Assembly (NCBI GenBank): GCA_017435465.1
Contig: JAFSEX010000005.1
Span: 70,793 to 134,792 of the forward strand
Reading direction: 5' to 3'
Origin: Bacilli bacterium
Lineage (GTDB): Bacteria > Bacillota_I > Bacilli_A > RF39 > UBA660
DNA: 64,000 nucleotides
The stretch's first letter is position 1; each line of letters opens with the position of its first letter. The notes under the pieces were generated by a model. It searched no databases. It was not told the DNA's origin and saw nothing but the letters and a program-made list of their open reading frames with translations. Positions 9,741 through 18,001 of the stretch are shown one piece after another. Both the position numbers and the translations under genes were made by a program.

Positions 9741-9770
9741 TCGACATATTCCGACAAAATACGACAAAAC
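9741..9770 (+). repeat. Three helically phased 10-bp direct repeats (tCGACAtatt cCGACAaaat aCGACAaaac)
   Basis: CGACA occurs at 9742, 9752 and 9762, an exact 10-bp period. The repeats sit just upstream of a TAGAAT -10-like box and the 9808 ORF, about 300 bp from the tRNA/att junction. Confidence 0.6.
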
Positions 9771-9807
9771 AACATGATAGAATATCTAACCCGTAAGGGG
9801 GAATATA

Positions 9808-9981
9808 ATGAAATCAAGAATATTAAAAGACTATCAATTAGAGTGTTTCCAAAGAGATTTGCAAATAAAGAACGATAGTGTAATACTTACTGTTAATGAT
9901 GAAAAAAAGAACGCTTATTACGTTCTAGATGGTTTAGAAAAACACGAAATTGATTATTGGTATGCTATATTTTATTTTTAA
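9808..9981 (+). CDS. Small prophage cargo ORF (57 aa), unknown function
   Basis: Not in the ORF track because it is under 60 aa. Strong RBS AAGGGGG lies 7 nt before the ATG. Translation: MKSRILKDYQLECFQRDLQIKNDSVILTVNDEKKNAYYVLDGLEKHEIDYWYAIFYF. Confidence 0.4.
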   Translation: MKSRILKDYQLECFQRDLQIKNDSVILTVNDEKKNAYYVLDGLEKHEIDYWYAIFYF

Positions 9982-10023
9982 AGTATATAAAATTAGTGCC
10001 TAAATAGTACCTAAAATAGTTTT

Positions 10024-10060
10024 CAAAAATAAAAACCCTTATAAAATAAGGGTTTGTTTT
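10024..10060. terminator. Bidirectional hairpin terminator downstream of tRNA-Gly(UCC)
   Basis: AAACCCTTA-taaaa-TAAGGGTTT is flanked by T-runs on both strands. Confidence 0.7.
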
Positions 10061-10064
10061 CAAA

Positions 10065-10138
10065 TGGAGCAGATGATGGGAATCGAACCCACGCAGTCAG
10101 CTTGGAAGGCTGAGGTTCTACCATTAAACTACATCTGC
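10065..10138 (-). tRNA. tRNA-Gly (anticodon UCC)
   Basis: The reverse complement reads GCAGATGTAGTTTAATGGTAGAACCTCAGCCTTCCAAGCTGACTGCGTGGGTTCGATTCCCATCATCTGCTCCA. It has a cloverleaf, a GGTTCGATTCC T-arm, the anticodon loop CTTCCAA and an encoded CCA. Confidence 0.9.
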
Positions 10139-10252
10139 AAATCAGTAGGCAATATAAATTATACCATAATCGAATATAATGTCAACACTATTTTTAAAAT
10201 TTTTCGATTTTTTTAATGCAAGTAAAAACTCAGGAATTTCCTGAGTTTTTAC

Positions 10253-10483
10253 TTAGCAAGGATGATAATCATTGTTATAACAAGTTCTATTTATTACTAC
10301 AATTACTATTGCATGTGCTATTAAGGCAAGAGCTAAACCAACAAACAAACCAATTATGATTGCAGTTGTTAGGGATGCTGGAATAAATAAACCCACAATA
10401 ACTCCAATTAATCCTCCTAATAATATAAATCCGATATATAACAAAAATATAGGTGCAAAAAATCTACTAACACAATTATTCAT
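10253..10483 (-). CDS. Small integral membrane protein (76 aa)
   Basis: Almost entirely hydrophobic with two or three predicted TM helices. It is followed by the hairpin terminator AAAAACTCAGGAA/TTCCTGAGTTTTT at about 10226-10252. Confidence 0.5.
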   Translation of the reverse strand: MNNCVSRFFAPIFLLYIGFILLGGLIGVIVGLFIPASLTTAIIIGLFVGLALALIAHAIVIVVINRTCYNNDYHPC

Positions 10484-10578
10484 ATTAACACCTCCTACAT
10501 TGTAATATATTATTAATTGAAAAAATTAAATAATAAAAAATACTATATTTATATAAAAAAAAGATAGTATACACTATC

Positions 10579-11385
10579 TTAAAAAATAAATTTAATTAAT
10601 ACTATTATTGATATAATAACTCTATAATAAGCAAAAATTGCAAAATCTTTTTTCTTAATATAATTTAATAAGAATTTAATACTTAATATCCCAAATATAG
10701 AAGCAGTAACAATTCCGATTACTAGACTAAGACTAAATTCATTTATTAAACTACTAAATTTTAAAATTGTTGCTCCAAAAATTATTGGAGTAGATAACAT
10801 AAATGAGAATTTAGCGCATGCTTCTTTTGATACACCTAATAATCTACCAGCTAAAATTGTTGTTCCAGATCTTGAGAATCCTGGAAAAACAGCTAAAGCT
10901 TGACTAAGCCCTATTAAAAATGTTTGTTTTAAAGTTAATTTTTCATATGATGTTTGTTTTTTATAATGTTTATCAGCCCATTTATCTCCAATATAAATTA
11001 ATACACCCATAATGGCTAGGGCAATTGCTATACCAGGAATTAGTCCTCTAAAAATATTTTCTATAAATTCTTCAAGTGCCATACCAATTAATGCTCCAGG
11101 TATTGTTGCAATAACCAAATACCAAAACATCTTATTCTCAAAAGAATCTTTTTTGTGAACAACTTTATCAAATACACCTTTGGCTAATATTAGCCAATCT
11201 TTAAAGAATACTGATAATACTGCAACCAAAGTCCCAAAATGAAGTGCAACATCAAATGCTAAAGAATTAGCTTCAAATTCAAATAAATATGGTACCAAAA
11301 TTAAATGGGCTGAACTTGATATTGGTAAAAATTCTCCAACCCCTTGAACAATTCCTAATAAAATACTTTGTAAAATTTCTATCAT
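10579..11385 (-). CDS. uppP: Undecaprenyl-diphosphate phosphatase
   Basis: The N-terminus ILLGIVQGVGEFLPISSSAHLIL and the later FSRSGTTI motif are UppP/BacA hallmarks. It is a 268-aa polytopic membrane protein. Confidence 0.9.
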   Translation of the reverse strand: MIEILQSILLGIVQGVGEFLPISSSAHLILVPYLFEFEANSLAFDVALHFGTLVAVLSVFFKDWLILAKGVFDKVVHKKDSFENKMFWYLVIATIPGALIGMALEEFIENIFRGLIPGIAIALAIMGVLIYIGDKWADKHYKKQTSYEKLTLKQTFLIGLSQALAVFPGFSRSGTTILAGRLLGVSKEACAKFSFMLSTPIIFGATILKFSSLINEFSLSLVIGIVTASIFGILSIKFLLNYIKKKDFAIFAYYRVIISIIVLIKFIF

Positions 11386-11479
11386 TCTAACAGCTCCTTA
11401 TGTTATATTATATTTAATTCAATATATTTTTTTAAATAATATTGACAAATACCATAAACTAAAATAAAATAATGTATAT

Positions 11480-11554
11480 GCAGATGTAGTACAATGGTTA
11501 GTATACGGCCTTGCCAAGGCTGAGATGCGGGTTCGATTCCCGTCATCTGCTCCA
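11480..11554 (+). tRNA. tRNA-Gly (anticodon GCC)
   Basis: GCAGATGTAGTACAATGGTTAGTATACGGCCTTGCCAAGGCTGAGATGCGGGTTCGATTCCCGTCATCTGCTCCA. The anticodon loop is CTTGCCAA and CCA is encoded. A hairpin terminator follows at 11565-11594. Confidence 0.9.
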
Positions 11555-11778
11555 TGTTAATTCTAAAGAACTTAATATTATATTAAGTTCTTTTAATATT
11601 AATAATTGTTAACACATACAATTACAATATTTTAAATCACATATCAATTATATTATATTTAGTTCAAATAATCAATTTATTCTATTTCAAAAACAAAAAA
11701 ATAAATTATAAAAGATTATTAAAAAATAATAAGTATAATTATCCTAAAACTATACATATTAGTAATGGAGGAATAATT

Positions 11779-12207
11779 ATGAAAGAAGATATAAATGCAT
11801 TAGATGAAATACACAAAGGTGCTTGCATGGGAATGGATGCTATACATTTTATACATGACAAAGTAGAAGATAAAAAACTAAAAAAAGTGTTAGATAAACA
11901 ATATAAAGATTATCAAGATATCGCTTTAAGAGTAGAAAGTATATATCCAAAATATAATAATGATGAACCTCATAAAACAAATATTATGAACAAAACAATG
12001 ACATGGTATGGAATTGAAATGAAAACTTTCAACGACAAAAGTAATTCAAAAATTGCCGAATTACTATTACAAGGTGTAAATATGGGCATAATCGAAGGTA
12101 AGAAAATCTTAAATAATAAGAATTTAAATAAAGAGGTTACAGATATTATTTCGGAATATGTTACTATGCAAGAAAAAAGTGTAGAAGTCTTAAAAGAATA
12201 TTTATAG
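11779..12207 (+). CDS. Hypothetical helical protein (possibly ferritin-like four-helix bundle)
   Basis: 142 aa with RBS GGAGG. Charged helical composition; family assignment is uncertain. Confidence 0.45.
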   Translation: MKEDINALDEIHKGACMGMDAIHFIHDKVEDKKLKKVLDKQYKDYQDIALRVESIYPKYNNDEPHKTNIMNKTMTWYGIEMKTFNDKSNSKIAELLLQGVNMGIIEGKKILNNKNLNKEVTDIISEYVTMQEKSVEVLKEYL

Positions 12208-12209
12208 TA

Positions 12210-12247
12210 AAAAGATACGTTTAGATTAATTTCAAACGTATCTTTTA
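12210..12247 (+). terminator. Intrinsic terminator
   Basis: AAAGATACGTTT...AAACGTATCTTT stem followed by T-rich sequence. Confidence 0.75.
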
Positions 12248-12301
12248 ATATTTATAATATAATTAACATATATATTAATGAGTAGAGTCAGGAGGATATA
12301 T

Positions 12302-13660
12302 ATGAATAAACAAATGATGACTTATATAACTAGTTTAGTTTTGATAATTACTTTTTTTGGAGTGCTATTCATTAGTAAAAATAATAAAGAATTAGAAAGT
12401 TATGAAAAATTAGAAGGTACTGTATTAGCTGTATCAGATGAATGTTTATATATTAAAGATAAAAATGAAGAAATACATTATATTAGTCATGAAGAATTAA
12501 AAGATATTAAAGTTGGTCAAAAATTATTAATGAAATATACAGGAATTATAAATAAAAATTCCTGTAAACAAAGTATATCAATTATAGATTATTCAGTTGA
12601 GAATTTCCAAACAACAATATCATTAGATAATAATAGTATGTTTAGTAATTATAATAAACAAGCATATGAAGTTTTAGAAAAGATGTCTTTAAAAGAAAAA
12701 ATAGCCCAACTATTATTAGTTAGAGTACCAGAAACTAATCAAGTTGATACAGTTAAAAATTTTCAATTTGGAGGTTATTTATTATTTGAAAGAGATTTTA
12801 AAGATAAAACCAAAGAACAAGTAATAAATATGATAAATAGTTATCAAAAAGAATCAAAAATTCCTATGTTAATGGCAGTTGATGAAGAAGGCGGAAAAGT
12901 AGTAAGGGTTAGTAGTAACATAAATCTATCAGAATACACTTTTTTATCACCACGTGAATTATATATAGAAGGTGGTATGGAATTAATTGGTGATGATACA
13001 GTAAAAAAAAGTAAAATGTTAGGTGACTTAGGAATCAATCTAAATTTAGCACCTGTGGTAGATGTATCAACTATATCATCTGACTACATATATGAAAGAA
13101 CCATTGGTGAACACACTGATATAGTAATGGACTATGCTAAAAATGTTATTGAAGCAAGTAAGGGGCATGAAGTAAGTTATACATTAAAACACTTTCCTGG
13201 ATATGGAAACAATTTAGATACACACTTAGGGATTTCATTTGATAATAGAACACTTTATGAAATAAATGAGATTAATATTCCACCATTTAAAACAGGAATA
13301 GAAGCAGGGGCAGAAGCAGTATTAGTAAATCACAATGTGGTATCAAGCATAGATGATACTACTTCTGCATCCTTATCACCTAAAATACATAATATACTTA
13401 AAAATGATTTGGAATTTAGAGGAATAACAATAACTGATGATTTATCAATGGCAGGTGTTTACAATAATGATTCAATATCTAAATATGTAAAAGCAATTAC
13501 TGCAGGAAATGATTTATTAATTGTTACTGACTATGAAAAAGCAATGACAGATATTATGAATGCAGTGACAAATAATCAAGTAAGTGAAAATTTAATAGAT
13601 GAAGCAGTTCTTAAAATACTTTCTTGGAAATATTATAAAGGCATGATAATTGGAAAATAA
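12302..13660 (+). CDS. Glycoside hydrolase family 3 beta-N-acetylhexosaminidase (NagZ-like), membrane-anchored
   Basis: GH3 N-terminal domain motifs are present: KIAQLLLV, VDEEGGKVVRV, NLAPVVDV, KHFPGYG. There is an N-terminal TM helix. The start is set at 12302, after RBS AGGAGG. Confidence 0.8.
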   Translation: MNKQMMTYITSLVLIITFFGVLFISKNNKELESYEKLEGTVLAVSDECLYIKDKNEEIHYISHEELKDIKVGQKLLMKYTGIINKNSCKQSISIIDYSVENFQTTISLDNNSMFSNYNKQAYEVLEKMSLKEKIAQLLLVRVPETNQVDTVKNFQFGGYLLFERDFKDKTKEQVINMINSYQKESKIPMLMAVDEEGGKVVRVSSNINLSEYTFLSPRELYIEGGMELIGDDTVKKSKMLGDLGINLNLAPVVDVSTISSDYIYERTIGEHTDIVMDYAKNVIEASKGHEVSYTLKHFPGYGNNLDTHLGISFDNRTLYEINEINIPPFKTGIEAGAEAVLVNHNVVSSIDDTTSASLSPKIHNILKNDLEFRGITITDDLSMAGVYNNDSISKYVKAITAGNDLLIVTDYEKAMTDIMNAVTNNQVSENLIDEAVLKILSWKYYKGMIIGK

Positions 13661-13684
13661 GCATATAATATACCGGTGGTGTAT

Positions 13685-13954
13685 ATGTATAATATAAATG
13701 ACGTTTTAAATATTGCGAAACTTCTAAATATAAAGTTTGACAAATTTACAAAAGATGATTTTTTAAGAGGAATAAATATAGAGTTGGAACATGGTAATAT
13801 TAGACCAGAAACTAATGTTACAAATGACAATTTAATGATGACTACTAAAATTGCTTTGGCTCATCTAAATGAATTTCCGAATTATTATAATTTAGAATAC
13901 GGACTTCCAATGTTTGAAAAATTTTTAAAATATAAACAAAATAAAGTCAAATAG
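13685..13954 (+). CDS. Conserved hypothetical protein (ELEHG motif)
   Basis: 89 aa from the ATG at 13685, after RBS GGTGGTG. It carries INIELEHG...TNVTNDN...KIALAHLNEFPNYY. Function unknown. Confidence 0.5.
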   Translation: MYNINDVLNIAKLLNIKFDKFTKDDFLRGINIELEHGNIRPETNVTNDNLMMTTKIALAHLNEFPNYYNLEYGLPMFEKFLKYKQNKVK

Positions 13955-14017
13955 ATGCTTTTGACTTTATTTTGTTTATAGATATTTGATATACTATTAA
14001 TAGAATAGAGGTGTTAC

Positions 14018-14716
14018 ATGAAAAAAATATTAGTTTCAGATTTTGATAATACACTATATAAAAATACAAAGGATTTAATTTTAAATATTAACGCTATCAA
14101 CAGTTTTGTGGAAAAAGGAAATATATTTATAATTGCGACAGGAAGATGTTATAAAGATATAAGTAAATTTACTATAAAATATAATATTCCATTTAATTAT
14201 TTAATATGTAATGATGGCGCAACTATATTTGATAGTAATGGAAATTTAATTTATAAAAAAAATATTCCCTATGAAACTGGTGTAAAAATAATCGAATATT
14301 TAAAATTAAATAAGCTAATGAATAAATCATATATAGATACTGGATTTGATTATACTAAAGATATTAATTATGATTTTAATGGAATTATTATACGTGCATT
14401 CGATAAAGAAGAATCGCAAATTTTATTAAATAACATAATTAATAATTTTGAAGGTATACATGGATATATGAGCGATAATTGGATAAATATTATTGAACAA
14501 AGTGTAAATAAAGCTTCTGGAATAGAAGTGTTGTGTAAAATGAATAATTATGATAAAAATAGTATATACACTATTGGAGATACAGTTAATGATATACCAA
14601 TGATTAAAAATTATAATAGTGCATGTATGATAAATTCAACAAATGACTTAAAAGAAAACTGTACAAAAAGTTTCAATAGTGTTAGAGAATATATTGAATA
14701 TATAGAAAAACAATGA
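14018..14716 (+). CDS. HAD-superfamily hydrolase, Cof/IIB type
   Basis: N-terminal SDFDNTL (DxD motif), ATGR, and C-terminal GDTVNDIPM (GDxxND). Confidence 0.8.
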   Translation: MKKILVSDFDNTLYKNTKDLILNINAINSFVEKGNIFIIATGRCYKDISKFTIKYNIPFNYLICNDGATIFDSNGNLIYKKNIPYETGVKIIEYLKLNKLMNKSYIDTGFDYTKDINYDFNGIIIRAFDKEESQILLNNIINNFEGIHGYMSDNWINIIEQSVNKASGIEVLCKMNNYDKNSIYTIGDTVNDIPMIKNYNSACMINSTNDLKENCTKSFNSVREYIEYIEKQ

Positions 14717-14729
14717 AAGAGGTAACAAA

Positions 14730-15254
14730 ATGGAATATATAGATATATATAATGAAAATAATGAACCAATGAATATTAAAATGGAAAGAGAAGAAGCACA
14801 TACTAAAGGTATGTGGCATAGAGAAATATTAGTAGTTGTAGTTAATGAGAAAAATGAAGTTTTACTACAAAAACGTAGTTACAAAAGAAGATATCTACCT
14901 GGTAAATGGGCATTATGCGCAGGACACGTACAAGCAGGCGAAACTGAAAAACAAGCTGCAATAAGAGAATTAGTAGAAGAATTAGATATGAAGATTTATC
15001 AAAAAGATTTGGAATTTATTGAAACATACAAAAAGAATGGTCGTGCAAATAGAAAAATAAGTTATGTTTATTTAGCTCGTACAAATATGAAATTAGAAGA
15101 ATATAGAATTCAGGAAGATGAGCTTACTGATTTAAAATACGTTCATATAGATAAATTAATAAAAATTACAGAAGATGATGATGAAACACTAGCTTTTGGT
15201 GGTGATCAATACCATCTAGATTTATTTGAAAAAATTAAGAATAACATAATTTAA
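14730..15254 (+). CDS. NUDIX hydrolase
   Basis: Nudix box GHVQAGETEKQAAIRELVEELDM (GX5EX7REUXEEXGU pattern). Confidence 0.8.
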   Translation: MEYIDIYNENNEPMNIKMEREEAHTKGMWHREILVVVVNEKNEVLLQKRSYKRRYLPGKWALCAGHVQAGETEKQAAIRELVEELDMKIYQKDLEFIETYKKNGRANRKISYVYLARTNMKLEEYRIQEDELTDLKYVHIDKLIKITEDDDETLAFGGDQYHLDLFEKIKNNII

Positions 15255-15426
15255 ATTTATTTTCCCATATTTCTCCCATATTTTTAATATATACTTAAAG
15301 TACAAAGAAGGGAGGATGAATATTAAAGAAATCTGATAGAACATAATATATTTTAGATGTATGAATTCGTAATTTGCATATGTATACTCTCACATATAAA
15401 TAAATTACATATTATAAAATAAATAT

Positions 15427-15442
15427 TACACAATATTGTGTA
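15427..15442. promoter_or_regulatory. Perfect 16-bp palindrome TACACAATATTGTGTA overlapping a TATAAT box (candidate operator)
   Basis: Read directly from the sequence. The right half-site overlaps TATAAT at 15441-15446, inside the 640-bp intergenic region. Confidence 0.35.
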
Positions 15443-15795
15443 TAATTAAATTTTAAAAACCTCACAAAATAACTAATAATATTAATTTGATAATTAATTA
15501 TTGACAAAATTTTATTATGGATTATTATCGGTGTCAATAATTACAATAAATTCTCACTCCAAAACTTTAAGGGCAATATATTATTGTCCTTATTTTCGTG
15601 ATATACTACCATAATAAAATAGGATAAATAATATGAATGAATTTAATTATATAATAACTAAAGATGTTCCTAAAAATGAATCAGAAAAAATATTAGGTAA
15701 GATTTTTGGAATAGAATATGTTAAAACACATAATGTTATGTAAATTAAATTTGAAGTTATTAATTAAATAAATAAAATATTAATAAATTATGTTT

Positions 15796-15823
15796 CATAA
15801 TTTCCCATAATTAAAACATAATT
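15796..15823 (+). promoter_or_regulatory. Three phased CATAATT direct repeats upstream of the two-component operon (candidate response-regulator site)
   Basis: CATAATT occurs at 15796, 15806 and 15817 (10- and 11-bp spacing). A related pair CCCATAT lies at 15264 and 15275 (11-bp spacing). Confidence 0.3.
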
Positions 15824-15895
15824 GTTTGCTAATTAAAATTTATAATTTAATGGTAAAGAAAATTAAAAAATGTTACAATAAAATGGGTGGTATAA

Positions 15896-16549
15896 ATGTA
15901 TAATATATGTTTAGTTGAAGACGAAAAGGATTTAAATAATCTTATAACAACATACCTTAAAAAAGAAGGATACAATGTTATAAGTTTAACAAAAGGAATA
16001 GATGCTTTAAATTTAGATGAACAAATAGATTTATGGGTCTTAGATATAATGTTAGAAGATGATATTAGTGGATATGATATTATTAAAAAAATTCGTGAAA
16101 ATAATGATGTTGTTCCTGTAATATTTACATCAGCTAGGGATCAAGATTTAGATAAAATTATAGGATTAGAACTTGGAAGTGATGATTATATTACCAAACC
16201 ATATTCACCAAAAGAATTAGTGCTTAGAGTAAATAATATAATAAAAAGAGTTTACAAATCAGAATTCAATAAATTGACATATGAACCATATGATATAGAT
16301 TTAAATAAAAGAATTGTTTTATTAGATAATGTAGAAATAAATTTAACAACTTTAGAATTTGATTTATTAATATTATTTTTAAACAACAAAAACAAATCAT
16401 TAGATAGAGAATTAATCTTAAACAAAATATGGGGTAGTGGATATTATGGTAATGATAGAGTAGTGGATGATTTAGTAAGAAGATTAAGAAAGAAAATGCC
16501 AAAGTTAAAAATAAATACCATATATGGATTTGGATATAGATTATCATGA
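15896..16549 (+). CDS. OmpR-family response regulator
   Basis: A receiver domain (DLWVLDIML, TSARD, KPY) plus a winged-helix C-terminus (LTTLEFDLL...YGFGYRL). Confidence 0.9.
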   Translation: MYNICLVEDEKDLNNLITTYLKKEGYNVISLTKGIDALNLDEQIDLWVLDIMLEDDISGYDIIKKIRENNDVVPVIFTSARDQDLDKIIGLELGSDDYITKPYSPKELVLRVNNIIKRVYKSEFNKLTYEPYDIDLNKRIVLLDNVEINLTTLEFDLLILFLNNKNKSLDRELILNKIWGSGYYGNDRVVDDLVRRLRKKMPKLKINTIYGFGYRLS

Positions 16550-17814
16550 AAAAAGAAATTAGTCTATCAAATCAACTAATCTTAATATCGTTAATAGTAT
16601 TTTTAATATTAACTGTGTCTTTAACAATATTTTTACCTAAGGCATTATCTCCATATTTTGAAGAAACTGTTTATACATTTTTAAATCAACCTTTAAAATA
16701 TTTTAGTAATTCAATAACAGAAAACTATTTTAATGAAAATATAGTATATATACAAATTAACAATAGTGGAAATATGATTATAAGTGAAAATGCTAAAAAG
16801 GTTTTTAAAACAGAAGACTATAATAGAATAATTAATAAAATAAAATATAAAAACGGAAAATTTAAAATTAAAACTAGAAATTATTATTATGTAACTACAG
16901 TAAATAAAGATACAACCAAAATAACAATAACAGATGAAAAATTTGTAAATGGAATGAAAAATAGAATATTTGTTTCAATTTTACCAATAATTATTATTAC
17001 ATTTTTACTTATTTTAATTGCCCTATTAATTTGGTGTAATTTCTTAATTCATAAAATATATTTATTAAAAAATAAAGTTAAAAATATAAAAGATGAAAAT
17101 TATGATCATACCCCAAAAATAAGATTAGAAGATGAACTTAAAATGTTAGAAGATACCATTGAAAGTGTTAGACTTGTAATGTTAGAACAAGAAAATTTTA
17201 AAAATGAAATGTATCAAAATATATCACATGATTTCAAAACTCCGATTTCAGTTATTAAATCTTATATTGAAGCAAATCGTGATGGAGTTATTAATAATGA
17301 TGAAACACGTAATGTAGTGTCTGAGCAAATAAATAAATTAGATAACAAAGTAAAAAGTTTATTGGAATTGAATAAATTAGAATACTTAAAAGATCATTAT
17401 TCTAATACTGATGGGGAAATTAATATTGTTGAAATTGTTAATAAAAGTGTTCAAAAATTTAAATTAGAAAATAAAAATATAAGGTGGAAAATAATTTGTA
17501 AAAGAGGAAAAATAATTTACAAAGGAACACAAGATATGTGGGAGTCTATACTAGACAATTTATTTGGGAACTTTATGAGATATGCTAAAAAAAATATTAC
17601 TGTAGAAATTTTACAAAAGAAATTAATATTATTTAATGATGGTGAAAGTATAGATGAAAATATAATAAGCAATATTTTCTCTCCATATAAAAAAGGCATG
17701 AAAGGTCAATTTGGCCTGGGTTTATCAATAGTGCAAAAAACATGTAAAATTTTAGGATATGAAGTAAAAGTAGAAAATGTTAAAAATGGAGTTAAATTTA
17801 TAATCGAAAAATAA
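16546..17814 (+). CDS. Sensor histidine kinase
   Basis: The start overlaps the regulator's stop. It has two TM helices, the H-box ISHDFKTPI, an N-box (NLFGNFMRYA) and a G-box (GLGLSIV). Confidence 0.85.
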   Translation: MKKEISLSNQLILISLIVFLILTVSLTIFLPKALSPYFEETVYTFLNQPLKYFSNSITENYFNENIVYIQINNSGNMIISENAKKVFKTEDYNRIINKIKYKNGKFKIKTRNYYYVTTVNKDTTKITITDEKFVNGMKNRIFVSILPIIIITFLLILIALLIWCNFLIHKIYLLKNKVKNIKDENYDHTPKIRLEDELKMLEDTIESVRLVMLEQENFKNEMYQNISHDFKTPISVIKSYIEANRDGVINNDETRNVVSEQINKLDNKVKSLLELNKLEYLKDHYSNTDGEINIVEIVNKSVQKFKLENKNIRWKIICKRGKIIYKGTQDMWESILDNLFGNFMRYAKKNITVEILQKKLILFNDGESIDENIISNIFSPYKKGMKGQFGLGLSIVQKTCKILGYEVKVENVKNGVKFIIEK

Positions 17815-17882
17815 TCTTTTTCGATTTTTTTGTAACAAATTTACAAAATCATGTTATAATTTAGATGTAAGGTGGTGTAAAT

Positions 17883-17939
17883 ATGTACAAAATTAATTCT
17901 AAAACAACAAAATCACTTTACAAATTCTTTGTACACTAA
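17883..17939 (+). CDS. Candidate 18-aa leader peptide ORF (MYKINSKTTKSLYKFFVH)
   Basis: Strong RBS AAGGTGG lies 5 nt upstream, after an extended -10 promoter (TGTTATAAT). A 10-bp hairpin plus T-run at 17944-17975 follows, ahead of the 18002 gene. Confidence 0.3.
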   Translation: MYKINSKTTKSLYKFFVH

Positions 17940-18001
17940 AACTAAAAGTACATTATTTTAAATGTGCTTTTTATTTAACTTTTTAGAGAGGAATACAATT
18001 T

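Larger units (their letters stand above)
1..10064 (+). mobile_element. Distal end of an integrated siphovirus-like prophage (baseplate/tail fibres, holin, endolysin, cargo ORFs) ending at tRNA-Gly
   Basis: Co-oriented structural ORFs are followed by a holin (7642-7911), an amidase endolysin (7928-8848) and short cargo ORFs. The block abuts the 3' end of a minus-strand tRNA-Gly(UCC) at 10065. The integrase end and second att copy are outside the window, so the exact boundary is inferred. Confidence 0.75.

Noticed and set aside
15633-15743. 36-aa ORF (MNEFNYIITKDVPKNESEKILGKIFGIEYVKTHNVM) as a bacteriocin or signalling peptide for the adjacent two-component system
   Set aside because: It has only a weak RBS (AGGA at suboptimal spacing). 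It has no leader or double-Gly motif, no Cys or modification-enzyme genes, and no transporter nearby.
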